A stretch of DNA of 63,933 nt, counting the filler, from Nanobdellota archaeon (GTDB lineage Archaea; Nanobdellota; Nanobdellia; Woesearchaeales; CAZZGN01), in the NCBI GenBank assembly GCA_051819665.1. It is 12 parts of 12 records of this genome, joined end to end, with 100 filler letters (N's around TTAATTAATTAA, not from the genome) between each part and the next. Parts side by side here need not be neighbours in the genome. Positions count along the whole stretch, not along the records: positions 47,110 to 51,452 come from JBNJDG010000057.1; positions 51,553 to 55,735 come from JBNJDG010000058.1; positions 55,836 to 59,977 come from JBNJDG010000059.1; 9 more parts are not named here. One strand, 5' to 3'. The position numbers were made by a program, and so were the translations under genes. The first letter of the stretch is position 1; each line of letters starts with the position of its first letter. This document shows positions 48,015 through 57,119 of the stretch, in pieces. The notes under the pieces are model-generated. The model saw only the letters and a list, made by a program, of their open reading frames with translations. It searched no databases and had not been told where the DNA came from.

Positions 48015-48535
48015 AAGACCTCTAAAGAACCATTCAGCAAAGTACCATTGATAATATTATTTGCCAGATTCTTGTTTTTTATGAGGCTGATATCAGAGAA
48101 TAAGAATTTTTGTATACTTTTTCCGAGAATCTTTTCAAATTTTTGAAGATCCAAAGATTCCTTCCCTATTTCTATATAAATATCAATGTCACTCTCCGGA
48201 ATATCTTCTCCTTTCTCGAAAGAACCGAAAAGGATTACTGTAGGATTTGAAAATTCTTCCCTGAGATATCTTATTAGCCCAGATTCTTTTACTTTTCTCA
48301 GATTATGGATCCTTTTTTCAAAGATAAAATCATCATTTGTCCTGTCAGCGCTGTAGAGAGTTATTCCCGAGATTGATTCTTTCCTCAGAATGCCTTCCAT
48401 ATCAAGTTCTTTTGCATACCTTATAACCGAGGGAAGAGGCATTTCCAGTTTCCTTCCAATCTGCCTGACCCTTAACCTTTCGGCAGGATTATCCAGGAAA
48501 TATTTTTTCAGCCTTTGTTTAAGATCTTTTTTCAT
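48011..48535 (-). CDS. wHTH plus minimal nucleotidyltransferase (MNT antitoxin)
   Basis: LFGSFEKGED..ESDIDI; overlaps the HEPN start. Confidence 0.85.
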   Translation of the reverse strand: MKKDLKQRLKKYFLDNPAERLRVRQIGRKLEMPLPSVIRYAKELDMEGILRKESISGITLYSADRTNDDFIFEKRIHNLRKVKESGLIRYLREEFSNPTVILFGSFEKGEDIPESDIDIYIEIGKESLDLQKFEKILGKSIQKFLFSDISLIKNKNLANNIINGTLLNGSLEVF

Positions 48536-48765
48536 ATGATAACTAGAATTATCAATTGATATTTAAAGTTATCGAACAGATAAGAAATCAGGGTTATAAC
48601 TTTTTAGACTCTGTTCATCGGCACTTTCTTTGACAACCAACGAAGCCATCATACCATATAGGAAACATCATACTTACTATGTACCTTCTCTTCATCTCTG
48701 AACATTGTCCTGAATAAAGCTGAAGCAGAATATTTATATAATATCCACCGTGACCTGCTGGGAGT

Positions 48766-49308
48766 ATGGTGAATACAGAGCCAAAATACAATTCAGGATA
48801 TTCACTGCCTGAAACTATAGAGAACACAAAACAGAAGGCCGATGGATATCATATAGTGGCTTATGGCGACTGGAAGAAAGCGATAGAATTAACCAGGCAG
48901 GCGATAATAGACAGCCAGCCGGATGAATCCTCAAAGAACGAAGAGGAAAAGGCTCTGGAAGGTATCCTGATCCCACATGAAGATGAAGGCTTGATGGGTT
49001 ACAGGGAGAGGCAGATGGAGCATAATTATGACGACCGTAGGAGGAGGCGTAATTTTGACGGGCTTTGGGAGAAAATAGGAAATTTAAGACCCGGGGAGGA
49101 TGTCTCTTTCACATTCAAGCAACCGAATGGTTCAGGCGCGGTTGAAGCGGACTTCACCATAAAAGAGGATGTATACCATGCAAACATCCATGCCGAAGGA
49201 GAGAGGGCTTATGATCTGGCCGAGCAATTGAAAAAGTACTTTGATGAAGCTGGCATCTCGTGTAATAAACAGAGAGAGTTCTCTGAAACCCGGTATAATA
49301 AAATATAA
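48766..49308 (+). CDS. hypothetical protein
   Basis: 180-aa ORF with TTTATATA box. Confidence 0.7.
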   Translation: MVNTEPKYNSGYSLPETIENTKQKADGYHIVAYGDWKKAIELTRQAIIDSQPDESSKNEEEKALEGILIPHEDEGLMGYRERQMEHNYDDRRRRRNFDGLWEKIGNLRPGEDVSFTFKQPNGSGAVEADFTIKEDVYHANIHAEGERAYDLAEQLKKYFDEAGISCNKQREFSETRYNKI

Positions 49309-49333
49309 ATATTTGGACCACTCCCCAGTGAAA

Positions 49334-49876
49334 ATGGGGCAAGGAGAGAATAAAACACAGGTTCTTTACATCGGCGATAATCCACTATATCTTGATAATA
49401 CCCTTAAACTGTTCGGTGAGATAAACAACAGATCAGAGAAGAAGTATAATCTGTTCCCCGATAATATACAGGGATTTCATGAGATAAGGAAGAGATTGGA
49501 TGATCTGGCTTCTTCAATGAGAGAGGAGAAGGAAGAGGTGTACACTAAAAAAGAGGAAAAGGCCAAAAAGCATCTTAATAGATTAGCAGGACAGGCGGAC
49601 ATCCTTGTTCTCGGTTATAAGCTTCTGGAGGATGACGAGGATTTTAACGGCATCGAGCTTTATAAAGAGATGGACTGGAAACATAATGGTCTTATATACA
49701 CTATATCAAACGATATTGAAAGTATCGGGAAAGAGATAAAGAACAATGGGCTGGTGGATAAGATGAATGTTCTCCATAAACCTAAAGCTCGTGAAGAGAT
49801 GCTCTCTGAGGATCATGTCAATAAGGTGAGATACCACCTGGAAAATCTATGCGGTTATTCAGTCAAAAGAAGTTGA
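49334..49876 (+). CDS. degenerate response-regulator receiver-like protein
   Basis: VLYIGDN...DILVLGYKL..D.NGIEL....VLHKP; acceptor Asp replaced by Gly. Confidence 0.55.
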   Translation: MGQGENKTQVLYIGDNPLYLDNTLKLFGEINNRSEKKYNLFPDNIQGFHEIRKRLDDLASSMREEKEEVYTKKEEKAKKHLNRLAGQADILVLGYKLLEDDEDFNGIELYKEMDWKHNGLIYTISNDIESIGKEIKNNGLVDKMNVLHKPKAREEMLSEDHVNKVRYHLENLCGYSVKRS

Positions 49877-49902
49877 TCCTTGTGCCTGACCATTATAAGC
49901 TT

Positions 49903-50841
49903 CTACTTAATCTTGATGCCGGCAGCATCATAAACAGACTGAGCTACTCCAGGCATACAGGCCGCCTTGTCCAGCCTGAGCTTTGATTCCATAGAGGCAA
50001 TATCAGATAGCAAGTATTTCTGGTAAGTAAATATGTTGCCATTGAATCTTTCCTTCACATACAATCCTGAGATCTTCGCATTATCATAGGACATTTTATT
50101 CTTTCCTGTCGGGAAACACCGCAGCTCGCTTTCCGAGTGGCCTATAGTCGACACATAATCTGTAAGTTCCCTCATGAAACGGGAGCTCCCATTCGTGAAT
50201 AAACCACTCAACCTGTGTTTCTTTGACAATCTTATATTGCCCGGACCCCCCTTGAAGAGGGATTTCCCCAGGTACTCCCCATATGACCTTATTATACGTT
50301 CCGGACCAATAATGGTTGCGTACTCTTCCCCGGAGAATGGAGGGTGAAGTCCCTTCGGGCTTCCCATTCCTGAATTTATTCTCTCATAGTCTTCATTGGT
50401 GAGCCTGACCTTGATATTGTCCGGATTGAAGAGTTTGATGAGCTCTTCCGTATGACCCTTATAATCTTCCCTCAGGCCTATATTGAATCCGAAACTGTTA
50501 ACTTCGGAGGAGATAATGCCCTTCTTCGATTCCAGATTCATTATCAATGAATCGAAACCTTCGAAACCTTTGGGGTTATCCTCTTTGAAACCATTTAAAT
50601 CCCAGGACAATTGATATATTATATTGAAACGATTATTGGGGATATTAGATAAAGCATCCCAGATAGAGGAAGATACCTGCTTTGTGTTGACTTCCCCCTC
50701 GGCTTTTATGTGAAGTGTCTTATCTGATACAGATGCCGATAGGGCAGTGAAATGTTCAGGGAAGGATATATTATCGCCGGAGACAGACTCCGGATCACGT
50801 TTGTATCTTTCCATCAGGCCCCAGAGATCTCGTTTTTCCAT
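49903..50841 (-). CDS. hypothetical protein
   Basis: long ORF; likely start MEKRDL after a TTTAAAT box. Confidence 0.7.
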   Translation of the reverse strand: MEKRDLWGLMERYKRDPESVSGDNISFPEHFTALSASVSDKTLHIKAEGEVNTKQVSSSIWDALSNIPNNRFNIIYQLSWDLNGFKEDNPKGFEGFDSLIMNLESKKGIISSEVNSFGFNIGLREDYKGHTEELIKLFNPDNIKVRLTNEDYERINSGMGSPKGLHPPFSGEEYATIIGPERIIRSYGEYLGKSLFKGGPGNIRLSKKHRLSGLFTNGSSRFMRELTDYVSTIGHSESELRCFPTGKNKMSYDNAKISGLYVKERFNGNIFTYQKYLLSDIASMESKLRLDKAACMPGVAQSVYDAAGIKIK

Positions 50842-50950
50842 AGAGACAGTAATGCAGAGGTCATTTAAATATTCTGCCATCAGAAAGTGACATGAAAACC
50901 ATGTGCTGGTCATAGAGACTCATGGTTCCACCATAGAAAATGTTCATCTA

Positions 50951-51451
50951 TTAAGGGATATAACTAATTCCAGAACCCGCTTTCGGGAATCGTGCTGTCA
51001 GTTTCTCCCTCAGGACATATTCCCCAAAGCCGGAAATCGCTGATGCCATTGCTCTACACTCATTGATATCCATCCTATTCTCCTGATAAGGATGGAACAT
51101 TACCCAGACAGAATTCTCTTCACCGTGGATCCTATTAACCTCATTAATCATGAACTCCGGATAAGGACCCTTCGCTACTTGGGCGACTATAGACCCCTGG
51201 TTATATTCGTATTGTCGTCTGGACTCGATACCTGAGCTGTCTTCAAGGGTATCCAAAAAATTCCATTGAGCTCTTATTCCAAATTCTTGATAAGAATTTT
51301 CAAAGGCTCCGATGACCTTTGAATATAACCCTCCCCGGTCTCCGAATAGAAGGATCGGCCAGTTATCGCTTATCCCGTACTCGTACTTCAGCCTACGCGA
51401 GCTATTACAATTTTCAATCTGATCAAGATACTCTCTTAAAGTTTTCTCCTC
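50951..51451 (-). CDS. hypothetical protein, 5'-truncated
   Basis: frame open from the contig edge (EEKTLREYLDQ...) through ORF 50951..51256. Confidence 0.65.
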   Translation of the reverse strand, partial: EEKTLREYLDQIENCNSSRRLKYEYGISDNWPILLFGDRGGLYSKVIGAFENSYQEFGIRAQWNFLDTLEDSSGIESRRQYEYNQGSIVAQVAKGPYPEFMINEVNRIHGEENSVWVMFHPYQENRMDINECRAMASAISGFGEYVLREKLTARFPKAGSGISYIP

Positions 51452-51452
51452 T

Positions 51453-51552
51453 NNNNNNNNNNNNNNNNNNNNNNNNNNNNNNNNNNNNNNNNNNNNTTAA
51501 TTAATTAANNNNNNNNNNNNNNNNNNNNNNNNNNNNNNNNNNNNNNNNNNNN
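51453..51552. other. assembly linker
   Basis: N-run with TTAATTAATTAA. Confidence 0.99.
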
Positions 51553-51720
51553 AATTGGGGAAGAAGTATGATATAAGGGTCAAGGATTATATGCTCAGGA
51601 GCATCACCGGAGAAGTCGTAAAGGGATGAGTCTGTTATTACCAATAACAAACCATTTATAAATCCACTTTTATTAATAGCAACAATATTTCTTTCAATTT
51701 AAAAATTCCAGAATAGAAGG

Positions 51721-51795
51721 TGGGCCCGGTGAGACTTGAACTCACGATCTCACGATTATCAGTCGTGCGCTATAGCCAGACTAAGCTACGGGCCC
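51721..51795 (-). tRNA. tRNA-Ile(GAT)
   Basis: GGGCCCG acceptor, CACGA-CT-GAT-AA-TCGTG, GTGAG-TTCAAGT-CTCAC. Confidence 0.95.
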
Positions 51796-51929
51796 TTGTT
51801 CATTTCCTTCTTTTCTGTGGGCTTTCCTGACTGCAAGGAAGGAAACGCACCTTGCCTCAGGGAGGCACTCCTTTGGAGCGCGTGTCAACCGAGCGTAACC
51901 AGTTGCCATGGCTAAGCTACGGGCCCTTG
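51781..51929. repeat. 131-bp insert bounded by an 18-bp direct repeat of the tRNA-Ile 5' end
   Basis: ctaagctacgggcccttg at 51781-51798 and 51912-51929. Confidence 0.85.
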
Positions 51930-51940
51930 ATGATGAAAAA

Positions 51941-52016
51941 TGGCGTCCCGGGCCAGATTTGAACTGGCGACCTGTCGGTTAACAGCCGACCGCTCTAACC
52001 ACTAAGCCACCGGGAC
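51941..52016 (-). tRNA. tRNA-Asn(GTT), CCA encoded
   Basis: GTCGG-CT-GTT-AA-CCGAC, TTCAAAT, ends GCCA. Confidence 0.95.
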
Positions 52017-52092
52017 TTATAGTCTTGGAAGGATTGGACCGCTATTTAAATAATTTTCGGCATAAGAATTATTAAGAAAAAAGAACAAATCC

Positions 52093-52302
52093 CTATCCAT
52101 CTTCAGAAGACTCATTGGTTAGATTGACTGACTCAACAAGCTCATCTACCTCGCTGTTCTCCCTGACCTCATCCACAGCCTTCTCAGTATTCTCCTTGAT
52201 AGCCTTACCTGTAATAGTCATAGCTTCCTTGGTCTCGTCAGTGAAAAAGTAAAGCCCTAATACGAGCACTAACAGCACTACTATTACAGCTTTCTTAAGC
52301 AT
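52093..52302 (-). CDS. small membrane-anchored protein
   Basis: N-terminal TM segment. Confidence 0.65.
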   Translation of the reverse strand: MLKKAVIVVLLVLVLGLYFFTDETKEAMTITGKAIKENTEKAVDEVRENSEVDELVESVNLTNESSEDG

Positions 52303-52903
52303 AACCCTTCACCTTCTGTACAAAATTGTCCAGTATCTTCCTTGCAGAGTAATCATCGAGCTTAAGGACCCTTATCTCAGGCTCTGTATCTATCTTATCA
52401 CGCCTCACTGCTTCAACGAATCCTTTCGCCTTTGTCAGGGAACCGATATCATTAACTGCCATGAATTTCATGAAAAGATCTTTCTCGTCTTCATTGTAGA
52501 TGCCTTCAAACGACTCATCAAGATATTCCCTCTTCTCACTGCTCAGATTGCCTGGCTCGAACTCATCCATATGGAATGTTATCCTGGTACCCTCGCTTTC
52601 ATTTATCATATCCTCCGGGACTACAGAGAAGGGCATATCCTCTCCCTCCTTTACATCAAAATTGATATCCTCGGCCATGAAAGCTATCCTATCACCGTTC
52701 TCAACGATAATGAGTTTCTCCGAATCGTCATATATGCTCTCGATAACATCAGCATCCTGATATACAAGAAAAGAAAGGCCGCCGATTATGATGAAAAGCA
52801 CCAACAAGGCTATTGATATGACCTTGAGTATGCTCCTGAATACCTTCCAAAGTACTACAACCACAAGGACATAGAATACGATCGTGAGTATTGTGTATAA
52901 CAT
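52295..52903 (-). CDS. membrane protein
   Basis: 2 N-terminal TM segments, acidic C-terminal domain. Confidence 0.7.
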   Translation of the reverse strand: MLYTILTIVFYVLVVVVLWKVFRSILKVISIALLVLFIIIGGLSFLVYQDADVIESIYDDSEKLIIVENGDRIAFMAEDINFDVKEGEDMPFSVVPEDMINESEGTRITFHMDEFEPGNLSSEKREYLDESFEGIYNEDEKDLFMKFMAVNDIGSLTKAKGFVEAVRRDKIDTEPEIRVLKLDDYSARKILDNFVQKVKGYA

Positions 52904-52938
52904 ACTATAGGAGAATCAGCTGTTATTTATAAATATTA

Positions 52939-53607
52939 TCATTCCTGGAGTTCCTCTACTCTCCCCTTCTTGATAAGCAGGTCAGCGACATCTTCCGGCA
53001 GGGTGGCTACATCCTCCTCATCGAAAGGACCATACACCTGAAGATCCTTTCCCATGAATTTGGGGACGGAATTCAGGAACCTTACTATCTTGGTCTTCTT
53101 CTGCTCCTCTTCCTGGGACTCTTCTTCTCCGCTTTCCTCTGTCTCTGCCTCTGGCTGCTCCTCTTCCTTCTGCTCGGGCTGTTCACTGTTCTCCTTCTTC
53201 GCCTGCCTGAACATGCTGAGGAGTATCTCAGAGCGGTACTTATCAAAGGTTTTGGTGAGGTCCTTGAACAATTCCTTCTCCTCCTTGAGAAGAGCAGAAG
53301 TATCCACTATATCAGTCCCTGTCCTGGACTTGTTGAGAGCCATCATGACTATCTTCGTCTCCCTCTTCTGGTAAAGGGCCTTGAGTATCTTCTTAATGTT
53401 TATTATCTGGACATTCGTGCTCTGCTTCTCCTCTTCTGAGAACATATCCTGGGAGTTAGATTTCTGGACAGACTTCTGTTTCTCCTTGACATAGGCACTA
53501 ACATCCTGAAGAAAATTCTCATCGAGCTTCTGAAGCTCATCCCTGTCCTTCTCGTTCCTGAAAAGCTCGAAAAGGCTCTCGTAAGTTATCTTTACTGACT
53601 CCCCCAT
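52939..53607 (-). CDS. GINS complex subunit (Gins15-type)
   Basis: LQKLD..F, LY..RE.KI..MA; C-terminal VRFL..VP.F.G.DL..YGPF...DVA.LP. Confidence 0.88.
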   Translation of the reverse strand: MGESVKITYESLFELFRNEKDRDELQKLDENFLQDVSAYVKEKQKSVQKSNSQDMFSEEEKQSTNVQIINIKKILKALYQKRETKIVMMALNKSRTGTDIVDTSALLKEEKELFKDLTKTFDKYRSEILLSMFRQAKKENSEQPEQKEEEQPEAETEESGEEESQEEEQKKTKIVRFLNSVPKFMGKDLQVYGPFDEEDVATLPEDVADLLIKKGRVEELQE

Positions 53608-53760
53608 ATAGGCGAGTTATGAAGAGATATATTTAAAGTTTTAGGAAACGGGCCCTATTCTAAAATAAAAACAGATTTGAAATGGAATAACTTTTCGCAA
53701 GAGTCCTTATCCAGAGTTTTTTTGCAAACTTATAAAAAACATCCGATACTTCTCACGCTT

Positions 53761-54936
53761 ATGAGGCATTCGTTCAGGGACATAAGGTTTTCCGATAACG
53801 GGAAGAGTGTAAGGGCTGATTTCCTCCGCAATTTCTACTTTGATATTCCGAGAGAGAGATTGGGTGAGCACGTTGTGAAAGAAGGAGACCTCATAACTGA
53901 TGTTGACTTTGATCCTATCTTAGCTGAAGGGATGGATGATCTCAAGACCAGGCTGACAGGTAATAAAGCCGTTTATGTGCATAAGAATTCCGATATCCCT
54001 CTTATCGGCTCGAACAGCTTCGGTCTTACAGACAGGAACACCAATCTCATCGAGATAAAGCCCGTTACGGGATGCAATCTTAACTGTATATTCTGCTCCG
54101 TTGACGAGGGGACAGGAACAAGCAAAAGAGTTGATTTCGTTGTCGAGGAAGACTACCTGATAGATGGGTTCAGGGAGCTCTACGAGCACAAGGGCGTGAA
54201 ACCGCTCTACGCCTATATAAACGTCCACGGAGAGCCCCTTCTTTATGAGCCTCTCGTTGAGCTGATAAGGGACCTGAAAAAGTTTGATGGTGTCATCACA
54301 GGCATAATAACCAACGGGACCATGCTGAACAAGAAACTCATCGACAGTCTTTATGAGGCAGGCCTTGACCGTATTAACATCTCTATGAACGCTTATTCCA
54401 AGGAGCTATCTGAAAAACTCGCTAACTCCCCCATGAATGTGGAGAAGCTCAAAGAGATGATAAGCTATGCTAACGAGAGGTTTGAGGTCGTTGTCGCTCC
54501 TCTGTATCTTAAAGGTCTCAATGAAGAAGAGATGGAAGAGATAATCTCCTTTGTGAAATCCATAAAGAAGAATGATTTTCCGATCATAGGCATACAGAAT
54601 TTCCTGAGGTATAGGTTAGGTAGGAACCCTGTCAAGCAGGAGAGCTGGAAAAGATTCGGGAAGAAGATAAAGGAGTGGGAAGAGAAGTACTCTATCGACC
54701 TCAGTGGCAAGGAAGAATTCTACAATATCAGGAAAACGAAGGCACTGCCTAAACCTTTCAGGAAAGGCCAGATTGTTGAAGCGGAGATGGTCTGCCCGGA
54801 CCGTTTTGAGGGCCAGGCTCTGGCCAAAGCTCAGAACAGGGTAATAACGGTCCATAATAAAGAATACAGTCCAGGGAGTATCAGAGTGAAGATCACCAGG
54901 GAGAAACACAATATCTTCACAGGTAATACTTTATAA
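53761..54936 (+). CDS. radical SAM protein with C-terminal TRAM-like domain
   Basis: IPLIG...FG..DR.TN, GCNLNCIFCSVD; C-terminal R.KHNI. Confidence 0.88.
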   Translation: MRHSFRDIRFSDNGKSVRADFLRNFYFDIPRERLGEHVVKEGDLITDVDFDPILAEGMDDLKTRLTGNKAVYVHKNSDIPLIGSNSFGLTDRNTNLIEIKPVTGCNLNCIFCSVDEGTGTSKRVDFVVEEDYLIDGFRELYEHKGVKPLYAYINVHGEPLLYEPLVELIRDLKKFDGVITGIITNGTMLNKKLIDSLYEAGLDRINISMNAYSKELSEKLANSPMNVEKLKEMISYANERFEVVVAPLYLKGLNEEEMEEIISFVKSIKKNDFPIIGIQNFLRYRLGRNPVKQESWKRFGKKIKEWEEKYSIDLSGKEEFYNIRKTKALPKPFRKGQIVEAEMVCPDRFEGQALAKAQNRVITVHNKEYSPGSIRVKITREKHNIFTGNTL

Positions 54937-54940
54937 TAAG

Positions 54941-55087
54941 TTAATAATTCATTCTTCTCTCATAATCCTTATGATTAAACCATTCTAAGATTGCAGAAAT
55001 TAGTTCAACCTCATTCTCTGCAGTTACCGTGTACATAAGTCTCCATCCCCTAGGCAAATCATATTTCCAAAGGTTATTTACCCCATC
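54941..55087 (-). pseudogene. C-terminal half of a RelE-like toxin
   Basis: GVNNLWKYDLPRGWRLMYT...ILEWFNHKDYERRMNY* preceded by an in-frame stop with no suitable start. Confidence 0.65.
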
Positions 55088-55346
55088 TACCCCTTAATTT
55101 TTTAGCAAGCTTAGGATTCCATATGTATGCAATCTTTCCCTCCCTATCAAATGATATCTTATTTATACTTTCAAGATAATCAAGTATGACCAAATAAGTC
55201 TGCCACATCACCTTCCTAGGAAGGTTCTTCCACAACTGAGTCTTATTAAACTGTCCACTAGACTCATCAATCGCATTTTCAACCATCAACACAGTTTCCA
55301 GTGTAGGAGAACGTGCAGATGAAGATTTTGAACTTGAGGATGCCAT
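55074..55346 (-). CDS. small HTH/antitoxin-like protein (N-terminus probably replaced)
   Basis: SPTLETVLMVE...LWKNLPRKVMWQT...LDYL...KI......IWNP. Confidence 0.6.
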   Translation of the reverse strand: MASSSSKSSSARSPTLETVLMVENAIDESSGQFNKTQLWKNLPRKVMWQTYLVILDYLESINKISFDREGKIAYIWNPKLAKKLRGRWGK

Positions 55347-55470
55347 ACACAGGCTAAATCCATGGATGAGCTTATCAAGAGAACAAAAGAGGCAATCTCA
55401 CTGTATCTAAAATGCCAAATGGGCTTCTAAACAAGATAATCAAGAGAAGAATTTCTATTAAAATTACGGA
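55330..55470 (+). pseudogene. HicB and HicA-like fragments
   Basis: GCHTQAKSMDELIKRTKEAISLYL, then GLLNKIIK and SREEFL in different frames. Confidence 0.6.
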
Positions 55471-55533
55471 ATATTTTCCGGAAAAAAGCTACAAAAGTAT
55501 TTAAATCTAAGAGAACAATAATATAGTTAGAAG

Positions 55534-55735
55534 ATGGACATACACACAACAAAACCCATCAGAGAATTAAATCATTCTGAATATCTGGAAATGATAAGTG
55601 GTAAAGGAATAAATATTACTACACAAGCATTAGATAGGTTAAGTGATAAACAAAGAAAAATATTTAAAGAAGAAGAACTAATTAATATGCTGGGAAGAGA
55701 TAATCCGAAAAAAGTCTATCTTCAAAAAAATGGAA
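55534..55735 (+). CDS. small AT-rich (toxin-like) protein, 3'-truncated
   Basis: own TTTAAAT box; ALDRLSDKQRKIFKEEEL...NP...LQKNG. Confidence 0.5.
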
Positions 55736-55835
55736 NNNNNNNNNNNNNNNNNNNNNNNNNNNNNNNNNNNNNNNNNNNNTTAATTAATTAANNNNNNNNN
55801 NNNNNNNNNNNNNNNNNNNNNNNNNNNNNNNNNNN
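55736..55835. other. assembly linker
   Basis: N-run with TTAATTAATTAA. Confidence 0.99.
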
Positions 55836-55919
55836 GAGCATCAGAGAAAGAGAGGAGATCAAGGTAATCGTCACCGCGAAATAGTTAAATTAATAAATGA
55901 AATTAACTTACTGTACATC

Positions 55920-57119
55920 ATGTTCATGGACAATCACCAGAACCCCTGGCTTTCAGCTGTAGAAGAGGATCCCGAAAAGGTCTTCAGGAGAAAAGGCATA
56001 GAAGGGAAAGGAGAAGGCCTTGAACAGCTCATAGGAGACATTGTAAGAAGAGGAAAAGTTGTAGATAAAAAAAGCATCATCACCGACCTATTGTTCTCTG
56101 TCTACGGGAAGGATGAAGATAACAACAAAAAAGAACTCCATGACTATAAGGAAGACAGGATCAACCTCAACGACAGGATCCTCGGCTCCGAGTATCTTGC
56201 TCAGGAGACTTTTTCCAAGGAACAGTTTGACTCTCTCGAGGATATAGACAGGAAGGCCGTAAACAACATATTCAATGAAGACATCCACGATATTTTCAGA
56301 TATTCCAACAAAAAATTCTCTGAATTCGTGAAAAAAGACAGGAAAGGCGAGAATGACGCTTTCGTTCATTCATTCAGGGTTGCAAAATATCTAAGGGATA
56401 AAGGGTTCTCAGGAGATTATCTCAGGGTTGCCCTTCTCCATGACATAGCTGAAGATTCCAGCTCAAGGAGAGTGAAGGATAAAAAGAACAAAGAAAGGGA
56501 GATCATAGATTTCTTTGATGGATATTTCACTCCCGAATACAACCCCAGTTATGAAGAAAGGAAAGAAGGCGAATCATTAAGAGAAGAGATCGACCAGATC
56601 AATAAACACATAAAGAACCCTCCTGAATACAGGGAGATAAAAGATAAATTTTCGGAGAAATATGCCGAATATACAGAGCTCCTTACGAACACAAGCGAAG
56701 GAGATACTAAGCTTGGTGGATATAACAGTTATCTCAACAATATAATAGATTATACTGAAAACAAGAAGGACAATATAGGACTTGCTGTAAAATTCGCAGA
56801 CTGTATAGACAATACAGAATACATATGGGAACTTGACAAGGAGAAGAAAGACATGAGGCTTGAGAAGAACAAGCTCCTCCTCGATAAGACAAAGGATTAT
56901 CTCAGGAAGAATGATGACAAGAGCATAAAAGACCTCGCTTCAGACCTTATAGAAACTTCCATCAAACAGCTTGAAGATATGAAAAAAGGTTATGTGGAGA
57001 AGGAGAATACAAACCATCTCAAAGAGAGAGAGGTAAAAGAATACAAGACCTTTATCCATGAATATGAGAAGATGATAAAAGAATTCAGTAATATATCAGA
57101 AAGTTATAAGTCAATATGA
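55920..57119 (+). CDS. RelA/SpoT-type HD hydrolase (SAH-like)
   Basis: RKG....FVH...VA, VALLHDIAED, ELLT, AVKFADCIDN. Confidence 0.85.
   Translation: MFMDNHQNPWLSAVEEDPEKVFRRKGIEGKGEGLEQLIGDIVRRGKVVDKKSIITDLLFSVYGKDEDNNKKELHDYKEDRINLNDRILGSEYLAQETFSKEQFDSLEDIDRKAVNNIFNEDIHDIFRYSNKKFSEFVKKDRKGENDAFVHSFRVAKYLRDKGFSGDYLRVALLHDIAEDSSSRRVKDKKNKEREIIDFFDGYFTPEYNPSYEERKEGESLREEIDQINKHIKNPPEYREIKDKFSEKYAEYTELLTNTSEGDTKLGGYNSYLNNIIDYTENKKDNIGLAVKFADCIDNTEYIWELDKEKKDMRLEKNKLLLDKTKDYLRKNDDKSIKDLASDLIETSIKQLEDMKKGYVEKENTNHLKEREVKEYKTFIHEYEKMIKEFSNISESYKSI

Noticed and set aside
51257..51452. Apparent non-coding GC-rich stretch
   Set aside because: It is the in-frame upstream part of the minus-strand ORF ending at 50951
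51799..51926. Split or intron-containing tRNA half (Nanoarchaeum-style)
   Set aside because: After 15 nt no D-stem or anticodon stem can be closed, and no bulge-helix-bulge or partner half is visible; kept only as an insert
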